Shown piece by piece: positions 1 to 13,172 of a DNA stretch of 64,000 bases. Both the position numbers and the translations under genes were made by a program. Source of the stretch: Glycera tridactyla. Lineage: Eukaryota. The notes below the pieces were generated by a model. It was not told the DNA's origin. It searched no databases and saw only the letters and a program-made list of their open reading frames with translations. Location of the stretch: contig OZ286469.1 in NCBI GenBank assembly GCA_965644265.1, forward strand, positions 74,462,001-74,526,000. The letters are read 5' to 3'. Positions within the stretch are counted from its first letter, which is position 1. Each line of letters starts with the position of its first letter.

Positions 1-2924
1 ATTTGGTTTTTCTGGCAGAGATATCCAAAATGGCTGTAGAGAGTACAATTTATTTGTATCCTGCTGATATTTTGGATTTTATCTCAGCCGAGCAAAAAAT
101 GCACTGGGAAAACTTTCTCCTGAACCTGTGTCGTTCTTATGATTTGGATAGTGAAAGTGGAGTGGGCTTATAGTGCTGAAAATTATATAAAAATGCTTTA
201 GATTTCTAGGTGTGTTGTGTGTCTAGGATGCTTTCTATTCACACAAAAGTAGCAAGTGCATTTTTCATGACTTTGAGGTAATTTTACAAAACAAGCATTA
301 GGGTCATGTGAACTCCATTTTATATTGTTTGAGTCCTTATATTCATACTATATGGATCAGTTCACAAACGACATTAAGCAGATTGTTTTCACAGATGCTA
401 ATGCAGATTCTGATGCATATTGATTGTTACAACATCTGTGCAAGGACCCCCCCCCCCCCCAAAAAAAAAAAAAAAAACGAACACCACTCCATTAAAACCA
501 GAAGAGGAAAAATTAACAAATTATATGTACTAACAGAATGATCTTGCAAGAAGTCATCACTGCCGTTCATTTATATATTCAAAGGGAGTGTTATGGATTT
601 TCATGGCTGTCCATATCATTTGAGTGCATGCTCATTTCAAAGTGGGTTTCATATCTGTCCTTCACTGTGAAATGTCATATGAAGTGAACTTATTGCACAA
701 AATTCTTGGTTTCAAGATTCTTTCTAGTGTGGCAAGGCATAGCAAAAGTTATATTCAGATTGTGAAGTAATTGTTGTTTTTAAAACCAAATTGAGTCTGT
801 TGCAGCTTGTATTGAAATCCTGTTTTTCATAGCAGCTTGACATATCTGTAGTCCTGTTCAAGTTTGATATTGTTATAACATGTAGCAAAATGCACTTGTT
901 TCTTTTCATGATTCCATCTTCCCGCTACAGAAACTTCAAGTAGGTGGTTCAGTCTGTTTATGTAATAATATATCACTTAAGACCATGGGAACTTGGCGAC
1001 GTCACATATCTCAATGAGCTTCATTTAGCGCCATAATCTTACTCTTCTAACTTCACCTTCTTCCTCCCACCCCATCTCCTCTGTTGCCTGTCCTATATCT
1101 GTATCTGTTGTGTTGTTCTGTAATGAAGTTTTCATGGAATCAGATCCTCTATTATGTTTCTGTATCAGAATGATTTTCCTTGATGACATCTTATGAACAT
1201 TTTTGGCCTTGGGAGATGAATACAGTGAAATGATTTTTGCCCCAAAATTTAAGGATTCTGATAATTCGTTAGATACCCAAATTGGAAATTGCACCTCTCC
1301 ATATAGAAATTTCTGAACAGAATGAGTGGAGGTGTTCTCAGAAAAATTATACATACATCCAAAATGTTGCATTTTTGCATTGGAAGCAATGTGTCTGTCT
1401 AATTGCAAAATGTTCTGAAAAATATTTGACATTTATGCGATAACATTGCCTTAGTGGCTGACAGTAAAATGTTCCCTGGAAATGTGTTTTGATAGGACTG
1501 ACTTTTGAGTTTACATATGCTCCTATAGCTGAGGTCCAGCGGTGCCTCGAAGTGAAAGGTTACCATTGATCAGTATGCCCTCATTCCCTGTAATCAGTGA
1601 CTCAGACCACTGCACCAAAAAATCAGTTGCAGCTTTGATAGGTCTGAATCAGTATCTTGTTTTAGCAGTTTGGCTTCATTTTCCTCCATGAAGACTTCAT
1701 ATGAACTTTGTGATCCAGGATTGAGTGACTATGAAACATGTGGTACCAGTGGCTAATTAATGTAACAAATTCTAAAAGGTCAAGAATCAATTTCGTGGTA
1801 GTCGATGATGATTGACTTCATTATTGATGACTGTTTGTCTTCACATCATCCTGAATATCTCCAACACTAAGATTTCATTGACTGAAACATTTTTATGGTG
1901 ACTGAATGAGATAAAGTCAAGCTAAATATTGGATAATTTGTATCACGAATAGCAAACTTAATTTCTCCTTACTATTTGGTTAGCATTATTAATGCCATCA
2001 CATCGAAGATTGAGACAGAAAACATGAAAGTAGTAGTCACTCTTTCCTAAGAATTGTAGTGTTTGTGCGTTGGGTATGTTGTCTTTTCACTGTCTCTGAC
2101 TAAGATGACCCAATCTATTCTATCCTCTGTGGAGTCTGTTTCATAGGATAGTTCACAACTAGGTGAATCATACATATAAATGATGTGTGGCAAATATCAC
2201 ATCTATTGCACACATTCTGCAGTGATTGAAAAGTTGAGTCAATCAGGGGGGAATGTTCAGAACAGATATTTTTATGAATCCCACGGCTATTGTTCAGGAA
2301 ATCTAATATATTTCCAAAAACTTTGCTTTGTTTCATTGGTATCACTGACTGTGTGTGAATTACAGTGGGGCAACAGTGTATTTTCAGGGAAATTAAGTTT
2401 CCTGGGATCCCCAGTGACTTTTCAGATTCCTGTGATGCATTATATATCCTAATATGGCCAAGACAGCGCCAGAAATGCCTTCCATACCGAATAGCCATTC
2501 CATCCTCAAATACATGTTATGATCATGAACTTATTCATCAGTTTCATTGTATCAGATTACATATGTGCTTAGGTGCTGGCCTTAATGAAACTGAAATAAG
2601 CAGGATGTGCCCCAATAATATTGACATATGTGAGATGGATGATTATCATATCGGTCTACATATATTTCCAATTTGTATACCATAAAAACTGATACCTAGA
2701 TGTATTTAATGATGCATCGGATAAGCACCCGAGTGTTTTTTCCTCTCCAAATTATCAAAATGAAGATCAAATTAATTATATTTATTGTGATTAAAGACTG
2801 GCTTAGAATGGAAGTTCTCTCTTTGATCAGGTGGGAGAAGGTTTGTTTTGTTTCATTTTGTTATGAGTTCTGTACAGTATAATTAACTGAGGTGTTCTGA
2901 AATGTATGCAAGTATATATGTGTT

Positions 2925-3010
2925 TGTGTGTGTGTGTGGGGGGGGGGGGGGGGGTGCATGTATGTGTGTGTATCTGTGTGCGTGGGTGCGTATGCGTGTG
3001 TGTTTGTGTG
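2925..3010. repeat. Compound (TG)n / poly-G simple repeat
   Basis: tgtgtttgtgtgtgtgtgt-g run-gtgcatgtatgtgtgtg visible directly. Confidence 0.8.
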
Positions 3011-3357
3011 CATCTTCTATCGTCATCCTATCTCTCCCTTATGTGCTACTCAATGAAGTCTCTTGTATGATACCTCCTCTATTGAATTCTGTGGTTCATT
3101 AAGTGCTCATTCTTCAGATCTATGATGTGTGCAAACTTCCATTAGGCACTGATCTATCAAATTTCTTGGTATGTACTTTCTTTCCAGTCAATCACACTCA
3201 CTGGAGTTTTACCTACGAGCATGGTCACATAAGATGGCTTCATTATGTTGCACAGATTCTGTTAGCATCAAGTAGTTATGCAGTAGTTATAGTCATACTG
3301 TCCTGATGTGTGGATTACTGTCACTGTAAGGACATGGGTGTATGTGATTATGTTCCT

Positions 3358-3552
3358 NNNNNNNNNNNNNNNNNNNNNNNNNNNNNNNNNNNNNNNNNNN
3401 NNNNNNNNNNNNNNNNNNNNNNNNNNNNNNNNNNNNNNNNNNNNNNNNNNNNNNNNNNNNNNNNNNNNNNNNNNNNNNNNNNNNNNNNNNNNNNNNNNNN
3501 NNNNNNNNNNNNNNNNNNNNNNNNNNNNNNNNNNNNNNNNNNNNNNNNNNNN
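3358..3552. other. Assembly gap (N run)
   Basis: 195 consecutive N. Confidence 1.
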
Positions 3553-4421
3553 ATTGTGTACCTCTCTCCTGTGGTGTCTAACCTTGTCTTTGCTACTCTA
3601 CTCCGTAACATTTCGATGATCCATAACCAAATGCTTCTGTTGCCAAATTATAAGAAAGGCAGCAAGTAATTATCAGTTATACAAAGAAAATATTGTGACA
3701 TTGTGATCAAACACACTCCTCAATGGTTCATTAGTTTGTCTTATTTCTGGTATATATCTGATTACATATCTGGTAGCACCTGCCTTAATTGGTGTATTCT
3801 CTATTGAATAGCATTCATCTCAATCGCTCATGACAGCTCATGCATGTCCATCTCATTTCATCCAATGCATATCCTTAGCATACATCATATCATCTCATGC
3901 ATGTTCATAACATTTCATTGAGTACATATCAATGAAATCATTCAATAAGTGGACACAGAATGTGGAGGATGTCCAACTCTGCAATCAGGAGTTAATCACC
4001 TGCATTTGTCCTTTTCTGATTTGCTGCCGAATGTGTCTGATGTATATGTATGAAAAGAACTCTTGTGGATTCGTAATGCAGCCAAATTGTGCTTGGTTGT
4101 CCTCCTGTATAACTAAGATGTTACTCAACCTCACAGGTCCTTGTTCACTAGTCTGATTCATAATGTATTGTGTTTGTGTCCCATGTGATGTTTTGTGAAA
4201 AAATTATTTTCAAGCAGGTGGTGTGACTTTCCACTGTTACTAATGTACAGTTATAGAGTCATTGAATTAATTGATTCTCACATGTTTCAGTTATTTGCTC
4301 CATATCAGTATGAATTGTGTTTTATTAATCATTATGGACTGTCATGTCCACTTACCATATTTGTGTGCTTGAGTTATATGTAATTGAACCACCCCTTATA
4401 ATGGCTGCTTGTTTATTGTAG

Positions 4422-4463
4422 GTACAGAGGAACTTAGACGGCAATTTTTTGAGCAACGCTCCG
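4422..4463 (+). CDS. Array exon A1, 42 nt: (G)TEELRRQFFEQRS
   Basis: tttattgtag|GTACAG...CTCCG|gtatta; phase 1-1, no stop. Confidence 0.7.
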
Positions 4464-5402
4464 GTATTATCTTCATCTATTTGTTTGTACAATATATCAT
4501 ATTTATGTATTGCTTCGGTATTGAGGTTGATATCATTTCAGTCAGTATCCCCTCCTTGTTGCCTGCATTAACAAAACCTAGTGATAAAAATATACATTTT
4601 TGGCTGTGATCTTCATTTATACAGCGAGAAGTGACACAAAACTGAGTATATGAAATTGCTTTATTATATTTTCTTCAATGTCCAAATTATCTCTCTTGAG
4701 TCAATTGTGCAATTATTGACCTCAAGCAGACAGTCCTTAACGTATCTCCACTGTCAGTCATGGCATAGCAGACCCATCACAGTGCCTTGGATATTCAATT
4801 AAGAAATCAATTTCCTTCCAAATCAATCATATTATCCCACCTTTTGGCATCATTGCAGTCTATGCATTTACCATTCTACTTGCTGATATTTCTAATGGTA
4901 TTTGATCATTATTCAGTTCCAATAATTTATGTTTTTTCTGGTATCAGGGTTTTAAAGATAATGAGTGATTTCTGATTTTGTGTTAGTCTGTTCTATTTGG
5001 ATTTGCAGGATAACAGGAGTCCACTTGTGATTTGTGATTCAAATTTGGCTGTACATTTTTGGATTTATTGGAATTTCTGTGGGCCTTTGACATTCTAAAA
5101 CATGATATGATGATGAAACAATGACAAATCATAGATCCAGTGGACTTGTGCTTATCTATGCAGTGCAAAAGATCTTTCAAATTTTGCCTTAACTTAACTG
5201 ATCTCAGCAAGGTCAAGATCATATACTCATTTTAAAGCTGGCATTTCTCATTTTACGACTCCAATAGATATTTCCAATTACAGTTATCAGGAAAACATAT
5301 CAAAAATCAATATCTTATTTTGACCTGTCTTATATCAGCATGTACCTTCACAAATATGGGTCTAGAATAGGTAGTTCCATCAACATGCATTCATTATTCC
5401 AG

Positions 5403-5444
5403 GGACGGATCAAGAATGGAAGACCTTCACTGTACAGTCCAATG
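5403..5444 (+). CDS. Array exon A2, 42 nt: (G)TDQEWKTFTVQSN
   Basis: ttattccag|GGACGG...CCAATG|gtattt; paralog of A4, A6, A9. Confidence 0.85.
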
Positions 5445-5603
5445 GTATTTTATTTACACTTTTTCATTCCTAGAAAGTTTGAAAATATTTACAGTAGTTT
5501 GATACAATCATCTTGTATTCAATTTATGCTTCTCTATGTCTTAATATATATGTATGTACCATGGCGCTAGCGTTATTCATCAAAATATTATGAAAACTAT
5601 TCT

Positions 5604-5742
5604 NNNNNNNNNNNNNNNNNNNNNNNNNNNNNNNNNNNNNNNNNNNNNNNNNNNNNNNNNNNNNNNNNNNNNNNNNNNNNNNNNNNNNNNNNNNNNNNNN
5701 NNNNNNNNNNNNNNNNNNNNNNNNNNNNNNNNNNNNNNNNNN
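5604..5742. other. Assembly gap (N run)
   Basis: 139 consecutive N; could hide an array exon. Confidence 1.
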
Positions 5743-6049
5743 TGTGCACACTGTTGTCCATGTTTCACATACATTTATTAGATTTCCCTGTTTAGTTGGA
5801 ATCGCAACACAAATCCTGAAATTATATTGTATAAAATCATAATCCAACATGACCAAATCAAAAGCTTCAGACACACACATGTACTGGAGATTCCCAGAGT
5901 TTTTGCATTAGCTGAAGACTTCCTGGGTCATGGGTAGGTCTGAACGAATAGGAACCAGACTTTTTACAATAGTGAGGAATTTATGGACGCAAGTGAAAGC
6001 TGAAACTGAACCGACCGGATGGAACTTCTTAGTTCACTTACATTTCCAG

Positions 6050-6088
6050 AGACACAGAAGAAGGAGGCCTCATCTGGACAAGAAAAGG
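6050..6088 (+). CDS. Array exon A3, 39 nt: (E)TQKKEASSGQEK
   Basis: catttccag|AGACAC...GAAAAGG|gtattt. Confidence 0.75.
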
Positions 6089-6932
6089 GTATTTCAATTT
6101 CTTTTTTCTGTTCTGCCTCATATATACATACATGTATACTCATATATCCAGTCCCTCAACCCCACTCACTAATTCTTTGCAAACACCAATTTCAGAATAC
6201 CTCATTTTGATTCATAAGATAGAATTTCTGTGAATAGCATTCATCTGATTCACAAGGCAAAGTGGCCAATGCCTTCATTTTTGAGGTTATATACTCATTT
6301 CACAACTGACATTCCTCATTTCACATATCCGATGAATATAGCTACATTTGAATGAAGTAGTGAAAGATACTGATTTAGTTGATTCACATATACTCACAAT
6401 GACATCGAAAGTATAAGAAGCTTTCAGGGTAGACCCTCTAGACCATTTCCTCTGCTATTGGCAAATGCGCTTGAGTAGCGTTGTTATGTCATGTGATCTT
6501 GTGGTTGGGATTGTATCACGTGACAGGTGGATCACCTCCCAATATATTGGTGGGAGGTTGTGCCAGCCCTGGTCCCTGCTGAGTGCTGGTTCTTCAGTGA
6601 TATGGATGGTCTTGGCCACCGCTCGGTGGAACCAGTCATTCTCTGTACGTGAAATAGTTGCACCAGCTCATTGTGCAGGTGAAAATGTACATGATTGGAT
6701 GCAAGGCCAAGGGAATCCCATGAATCAATCAAGAATCCTATATGCTCTTGTCCTGAACATTATCTCAATGATCACTGGCACTTTTTCTGATCGAAAATTG
6801 TCAGAAAAACCAAGAAATGATGTAGATCTCCACAAAGTATTTGATGTGAGAAACAAGGTGACAGAGGTAGCGTGATCACTGATGATCTGAAGGCAGTCAT
6901 TTGATTGTCTATAATCTGCATGCACCCAATTG

Positions 6933-7185
6933 CAGGGATGTGATTCTTCTGCAGATCCGCTTTTTTCCATGCATATGACAGCAAAGAGCATTCTCTGCCG
7001 ATTGTTTTTGCTTTTAGATCATGGAAATTGGACCAGTATTAGTGGAGATAGAGCACAATGTCTGTATGGAGTTCTTTTAGCCTTCAGTCACCAGTTGCTT
7101 GGGTTTGTTGATCACCAAAATCTTGGTATAAGTGCTCCCTGTCAGGTTTGCAGTGTTTTTTGGTCGTGAGCGGATCACATCTCTG
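6933..7185. mobile_element. MITE family 1 (TIR CAGGGATGTGAT), copy with 6-bp TSD
   Basis: cagggatgtgat...atcacatctctg flanked by caattg on both sides (6927-6932, 7186-7191); internal tattagtggagatagagcacaatg shared with other copies. Confidence 0.85.
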
Positions 7186-7250
7186 CAATTGGAAGAATGG
7201 ATTATTCAGTAGAGATGAGTATCAATATAGCAGGTCAATTACATTTTCAG

Positions 7251-7292
7251 GGACTGTTTATGAATGGCGGACGACAACCGTCCAGTCTTATG
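7251..7292 (+). CDS. Array exon A4, 42 nt: (G)TVYEWRTTTVQSY
   Basis: cattttcag|GGACTG...TCTTATG|gtatac. Confidence 0.88.
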
Positions 7293-7530
7293 GTATACTC
7301 TTTATTTATTTTGACATAGACGTGACTTTTGACTGGGACCAGACTTGTGAACATGCATATTTACATATGTATATACAATTCATCTCGATTTCACTTGTTT
7401 TTTGGAAGCTGTGAAATTCTCTAGCTTCCTTATTCCACAGATTTCTCAAGTGAGTCCGGCACCTTTATTACCTTCAATCAGTAGCGAGACTCGACAGGCC
7501 AAATTTGACATTGTATTGACTTCATATTCA

Positions 7531-7537
7531 TTATGTC

Positions 7538-7572
<35 letters not shown>

Positions 7573-7790
7573 ATGGGGGAGACATATAGAATTCGTATTG
7601 TCCGTCTGTCCGTCTGTCTGTCACAAAACCTCGTGAGCACGATTGTAGCAAAACTACTCATCCGAATTTGATGAAATTTGGCAGGCATACCCCCTGGGAG
7701 GGTCTAATGAACTGATTAGATTTTGGTCTATGTGACATGATTTTCAAGATCACCGGGGGCAAAAATTTCACTGAAATTTCACCAAAAAGG
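7531..7790 (+). mobile_element. Helentron-associated (HINE/DINE-1-like) non-autonomous repeat fragment
   Basis: Short inverted repeat tgtctcccc...ggggagaca followed by gtcc/gtct microsatellite and gaatttgatgaaatttgg core; this architecture is typical of DINE-1/HINE elements (recalled, not searched). Confidence 0.5.
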
Positions 7791-8046
7791 TACCCTAATT
7801 AAACTCAGTCTGTATTGTGACCTCTCCGAAATGAACGCATTTCTCATGCCTCTCCATTCATGTTATGTAATATTCTTCAGTCTCTGACAATGCTCTTTTG
7901 TCCTGCTCTAATGACTAGACGTTGATTTCATTTTCCCTCTCTCCTCAAACAAAAGCCCAAACTTAATTAACTTCCCTGTTTGTGTCTGCTCCTTGTTGCT
8001 ACCTGTGGATATCCAATGGCTATTATACTTGGCATATTGGTATATA

Positions 8047-8207
8047 CAGTCAAACCTCCTCTAAAGACCACCTCCCTATAAAGAACACCCTGAGCTGCGA
8101 CTGTGGTAGTATTCTCAACAGTGAATGACCTCTCTATAAAGACCACCTCCCTATAAAGGCCACTTTTTGATGTGACCGAAGGCGATCCTTATAGAGAGGT
8201 TCGACTG
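8047..8207. mobile_element. Tc1/mariner-type MITE, family 2
   Basis: ta|cagtcaaacct...aggttcgactg|ta; TA TSD; homologous in inverted orientation to 49442-49658. Confidence 0.8.
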
Positions 8208-8469
8208 TAAGTGCTGTTAGCAATTTGACTGTCATACCCCCTGTGTTGGTCCACTGGCGTGTTTTTGTCTCAAAGTTTGTATACCTCCTTCCCTAGACTA
8301 TGGATTTACATCTTGCATTTCAAGGTCACTGAGTGCAAAATGATTTCCGGGGTTTGTTCATAATTTGAGAGTGAAAATGTATTAGTTTTGTTCATATATT
8401 TCACTTTTCTCATTTACTCATCCTGTGACATCATGCACTCAGCGGGGCATTCACTCCCATTGAGTGTAT

Positions 8470-8700
8470 CTACAGGCTAGTGGTGATACACTGGCATTTT
8501 GAAGATGGTGCCAAAAGGTCAAAGGTCAAGGTCACAGGAGCTATTTTCAGAATTTGAGAATATGGACAAATCTCATTTGCTGAATTGTTCTTGTTTCCTG
8601 GGTCACTGATCAAGACCTGATCAAGAGCTTCCCCTGTCAGCAAAATTCCACTCAAACCGCTGAACCAAATTCAACTGAACTTCTCTGATGCCTAGGCATA
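8470..8700. repeat. Interspersed repeat fragment with ggtcaaaggtcaaggtcac motif (HINE core-like)
   Basis: Motif at about 8517-8536, common in molluscan Helentron-derived repeats (recalled); boundaries approximate. Confidence 0.35.
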
Positions 8701-9103
8701 TTCTCAAGGACAAATCCTACACAAAGAGACCCCTGTACCCCAGCACACCTCATACCCCAGGACACATTTTCGTACTTATGACTAGGTATACTACATCATT
8801 GGTCACTCAAAGGATAGTTGTCAACCATTAATGTCTATCTTTTCATGCTTACTTGAAGATGAATAAGCAAGCAGGTGGGATGCCAGGCATGTATACGGGT
8901 AGTGAATAATTACAAAGTCTGGGGGGAGACATATTGAGTGAGGAGGTGCCTCACTAAAATTCTAGTTAGATCAGATTTTATCCAATTCAAGAAAATATTT
9001 TGGTACTGTTGCATTTTTGTGAAGTTTCAAAGGTTTTCATCATGACCACAGAGAACATAGAGTACTCAAAACAATGTTCAAACATACCAGCTTACTATTG
9101 TAG

Positions 9104-9145
9104 GAAAACAGCCTGACAAGAAGGAAAGTCCAGGACAGCTACATG
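9104..9145 (+). CDS. Array exon A5, 42 nt: (G)KQPDKKESPGQLH
   Basis: tattgtag|GAAAAC...CTACATG|gtaata. Confidence 0.78.
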
Positions 9146-9929
9146 GTAATATATTTATAATTATGAGCAATGTCCCTAGTGATGGAAAATATGTTGGATG
9201 ATTTGTCAAACTTTGGATAGGGACTGATTCTCCCAGATCAGATTTTCACAATATCAGACTCTTTCACATTCCACCATATCTGTAATATGGATCTAAATGT
9301 GAGATATCATCATGTGTATTAAAAGAACTGCAATTCTTGTTTCTGTCATGAAAAGTTGGTGTACATGAGCAAACATTTTCTTCAATTGGACACAGGTTTT
9401 GCTAGAGTGATTTGTAATACTGTGGAGAGCAGCTCTGTCCGAAGTTAAGAAAATGAAGTGATGAAACTGTTGTGAAAGTAGTTGCAGGTTTTATAGATGA
9501 ATAGCACGTATAGATATGAAGAGCTTACAAAAACAACCAAAATTATTCGAATGTCAGATTCAGAGAGTAGTTGTGAAATAGTTCACTCAGAGAGGAAGTT
9601 AAATAGATGCAATTACTTGTGTACCCAATCTTATTGCAATAAGTATAAAGCTAGGCAGAACTCATCGAATCAATCATTCATCAGTCATCATTTTCTTGAA
9701 TATAAATATTTATCTCTCACTCTTCAGCATTTCTTTGCAAAACAACTTGCCTTCCCATGGTGATCACAACCCCCTCACACCAAATCTGTCTTCTTGTTGA
9801 CTAAACATTGGTCATGACGCAATAATCGATCAAAGAACTCGGGATTGATTGTACTTCAAAATAGACACTAATTATCATCGCCATCAGAAAGCCAGGATGG
9901 TAAAACTAATATCAGGCTCACTTTTGCAG

Positions 9930-9971
9930 GGGCACAACATGAGTGGCGGACTACAACTGTTCAGTCATATG
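9930..9971 (+). CDS. Array exon A6, 42 nt: (G)AQHEWRTTTVQSY
   Basis: cttttgcag|GGGCAC...TCATATG|gtatta; EWRTTTVQSY identical to A4 but with synonymous codon differences. Confidence 0.9.
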
Positions 9972-10334
9972 GTATTATCATTTTTCTATGGCATTCCATA
10001 TAACTTTTGTATGTATAGCATTGAGTAATTGAGTTTGATAGATCTGCATGCTGATTTGTAAATTTATTGATACTTCCAAAATAATCAGCGTAGAGTTGAT
10101 GTCTACTACATATCGTTCACTACAGCTCTTTGAATATCACCAATGAATACCACTATTGTGAAAACTAATGTATATATTACCGCACACATAAAGAAAAAAG
10201 ATCAGAAAGGTAGGAACACAGAAAGAAGCACCTGCTTTTTGAAATAAGTGGTGAGATATTTATTGAATATTGTACATTCAATGTGTATGATACAGAAATG
10301 ACTAGGATGCAAACATGTTCAATGACCATTGCAG

Positions 10335-10376
10335 GTACACAACCTATCAAGAAGCAGCACAATACATCAACTTATG
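10335..10376 (+). CDS. Array exon A7, 42 nt: (G)TQPIKKQHNTSTY
   Basis: ccattgcag|GTACAC...ACTTATG|gtacta. Confidence 0.82.
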
Positions 10377-10942
10377 GTACTATTTCACTTTATCTCTTCC
10401 CCCATATATATGTATCCATATCAGATAGTTTTATCCATCTCTTTTCATGAGAAATGTGTCCCTGTAGATGTAATTTACTTATGGTCTCTTGATGTATGCT
10501 CGTTTTGAGATGTATAACCCTATTCCTGAACATTATAAGTCACTAGTAAACCCCAAAGTTTTTGTCTGATGAAAGTATTGAACATAGTAAGTGAAGCATG
10601 GCTCAATGTATCATGTATATATTATCAATATTTAGCATATCATGGATGGTAGAGTGACACCATGCACCTTGATGGTATTTGTGTTCATTTGATCCTAATA
10701 CATTTGATATCTGCCCCATGCTACTTATCCCATCAAGCAAAATATGTGTGGTCTATCATCAGCTCAAAAGTCTATAGCGGTACACACTCTGAGAAGGACT
10801 AGGTGACAATCATTCGTACTCCATGGATTTCACTTAGCATTCACAGACCATTTGCCTGATCTCAAACATCACAAGATGCGCTGACCACCAAAGATCTTAT
10901 ATAATCCTGCTGGCTGCTACAGTGCTGGTTGTGTTATTGCAG

Positions 10943-10981
10943 GTTCCCAGGCTAAGACTCCAACAAGTGGACTCACTTATG
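10943..10981 (+). CDS. Array exon A8, 39 nt: (G)SQAKTPTSGLTY
   Basis: ttattgcag|GTTCCC...ACTTATG|gtataa. Confidence 0.82.
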
Positions 10982-11457
10982 GTATAAACTTGAATTTCCC
11001 AACCTGCTCGTCCAAGAAATACATGATAGGGATTTGGGGAAAGCTTGCTTTTTTGTATGTGAATGGGTATAATGCTACTATCAGAAGTCTCCAATGTGCT
11101 CATGACATGCGCAGGTAGGGGAGATCCCATGATTAAATGGAAAAGAGTGAATATTTTGATATTTTGGAGTGATATAAATTGAATTCAGAAACCATATATC
11201 TTTTGCTAATTCTCAAATTTCCCATGTTGTATTACTTATCATAAGAAAGGAGGAAGCTACTTCAATGACATCATATTTTCATAAGTATGTAATTGAAAAT
11301 AAATACTAGCTATTCTCAGGTTCACATTTCTTTCGAAAATCGAGAAATGAAGTGTGGAAGATGTTAACTAGCGATAAGAGCAAATAACATTGGCCTCATT
11401 CATGGGAGAGACCTTTTTGTGATGACCAAAATATACATTTGATATTGTCCGTTGCAG

Positions 11458-11499
11458 GATCAGAAAAGACATGGAAGACAGCTACGGTCCAATCTTATG
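11458..11499 (+). CDS. Array exon A9, 42 nt: (G)SEKTWKTATVQSY
   Basis: ccgttgcag|GATCAG...TCTTATG|gtaatc. Confidence 0.88.
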
Positions 11500-11813
11500 G
11501 TAATCACATCTTTGGTCATCTCTGGATGAAATTGATCAGATATGATACTGCTCTGTGAGACTATATTCTAAGTTTCTTTGTATGTTGACACCGTCAGGCA
11601 TTTTCTCAATGGAAGAGAATTGATATGTTAGGTATCAAATAAGGTTGTGTACAATACACCAGAACATGCATGCCAAATGTAACATAAAAAGCTCCAATTA
11701 TGATCTGTACTGTTACAAGAGATAACTTTCCCATTCACCGAATGCCATTTTTGAATTATCAAAGAGCAAGTCACTCTTATGAAACACTTTAGTTGGTGTT
11801 CTTGGTATTGCAG

Positions 11814-11852
11814 GAACTCAACAATCAAAGACTTCACCTCAACTGACCTATG
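11814..11852 (+). CDS. Array exon A10, 39 nt: (G)TQQSKTSPQLTY
   Basis: gtattgcag|GAACTC...ACCTATG|gtatgg; resembles A8. Confidence 0.82.
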
Positions 11853-12664
11853 GTATGGCAAATTATTCCATTTGTGGGTACTTGAACCCTGTACCTCCTT
11901 ATGATTTGTACACCACAGCGTACAAATATAACATTGTTACTGGTTTTCTTTGGATAATTCATGACAGTCAATTTAAATAAAAAGCAGATTTGATTTGGTA
12001 TGATGAATTGACTTCCAATATTCCCGGTAAGTCACATTCAGCAGTGTTTCTTTATTGATGGAATTGTATCTACATTATATATTCCTTGCTAATAATACAC
12101 ACTGAAATGGTCAATTCCAGCTCTTGATCAGGTATTGTTGCCAGATCATCATTCGATTTGTAGTTCTATGCACAGAAAGGTATGAAGTTTCCTGAGAAGG
12201 GACATTCAGTCAAAGATTTTAAGAGTTAGAAAGGTGAAATATAGGAATATATGCTTTTGATGAGGTGCTATTTCTTTGTTTTCATCTGATCCTGGTAATT
12301 TCTGGGATATATTGTTAAATTTTCAAATGATAAACCAAAATGTATGGATTTAAAATTTGAGGATGGAGTCAGGTTTCAGCCTTTCTTCCAAATATACTGG
12401 CCATGGAGGCAAGGGAATCTGTGTTTTCCCCCACTGGTGATAATCTATGCAAAGGAAAGAAACCGAAAGAACTTTCAAAATCACCCTCAAATTATTATCT
12501 GTTGCTGGAAACGAGAACATTTCAGTGGAAGTTCACTGTCATAACTTTCCAACAAACGTCTCATGCATTCGTTATGACACAAATGCAGCATATCACAGCC
12601 CTATAGTAGCATCATTGATCATACATTATGCTCAATCTCCATAATGAGATGTATATTTTCACAG

Positions 12665-12718
12665 GAACTCATCCTGGAAGGACCACACCAACCGGAACAG
12701 GACTTTTTTCATGTTATG
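12665..12718 (+). CDS. Array exon A11, 54 nt: (G)THPGRTTPTGTGLFSCY
   Basis: ttttcacag|GAACTC...TGTTATG|gtatat; GLFSCY family. Confidence 0.88.
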
Positions 12719-12768
12719 GTATATATCTTTACTAATCTATATTCATATATCAATATGTGTCATCCTAA

Positions 12769-12860
12769 TGATAATAATAATAATAATAATAATGATAACA
12801 ATAATAATAATAATGATAATTATAATAATAATGATGATGGTGACAATGATAATGATGATG
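12769..12860. repeat. (AAT)n/(GAT)n trinucleotide microsatellite
   Basis: taatgataataataataataat...gatgatgatg; explains the poly-N/poly-I ORFs in the track. Confidence 0.9.
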
Positions 12861-13124
12861 ACATGCAGTGGATATACAATATCGAAAAAGATTTCAATTT
12901 TGAAATTCATTCGATTTGAGCTCAGTAAGACATATATTTTCCCAATTATTTTGTTATCTCAAAAATCAACACTGTTCCCAGATGTTTGATTCTGAAATGA
13001 AATATTCATTATGTCAACAATAAATATTTCAGTCATTGTGGAAGTATAACCCCTGAATCTGTGTCTGATCGTAATCTGTTACTCATCAGTGCGTCTCAAA
13101 ATATTACATATCACATCCTTGCAG

Positions 13125-13172
13125 GTTCGACAGGGACAAAAAAGGAGACACAAACTTCAACAGGATATTATG
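13125..13172 (+). CDS. Array exon A12, 48 nt: (G)STGTKKETQTSTGYY
   Basis: tccttgcag|GTTCGA...TATTATG|gtatct. Confidence 0.82.

Noticed and set aside
1025-1432. 135-aa minus-strand ORF
   Set aside because: No motif I can recognise and no splice context linking it to a gene; possibly a decayed repeat.
12644-12989. ORFs with poly-Asn/Asp or poly-Ile/Met
   Set aside because: Translations of the (AAT/GAT)n microsatellite.
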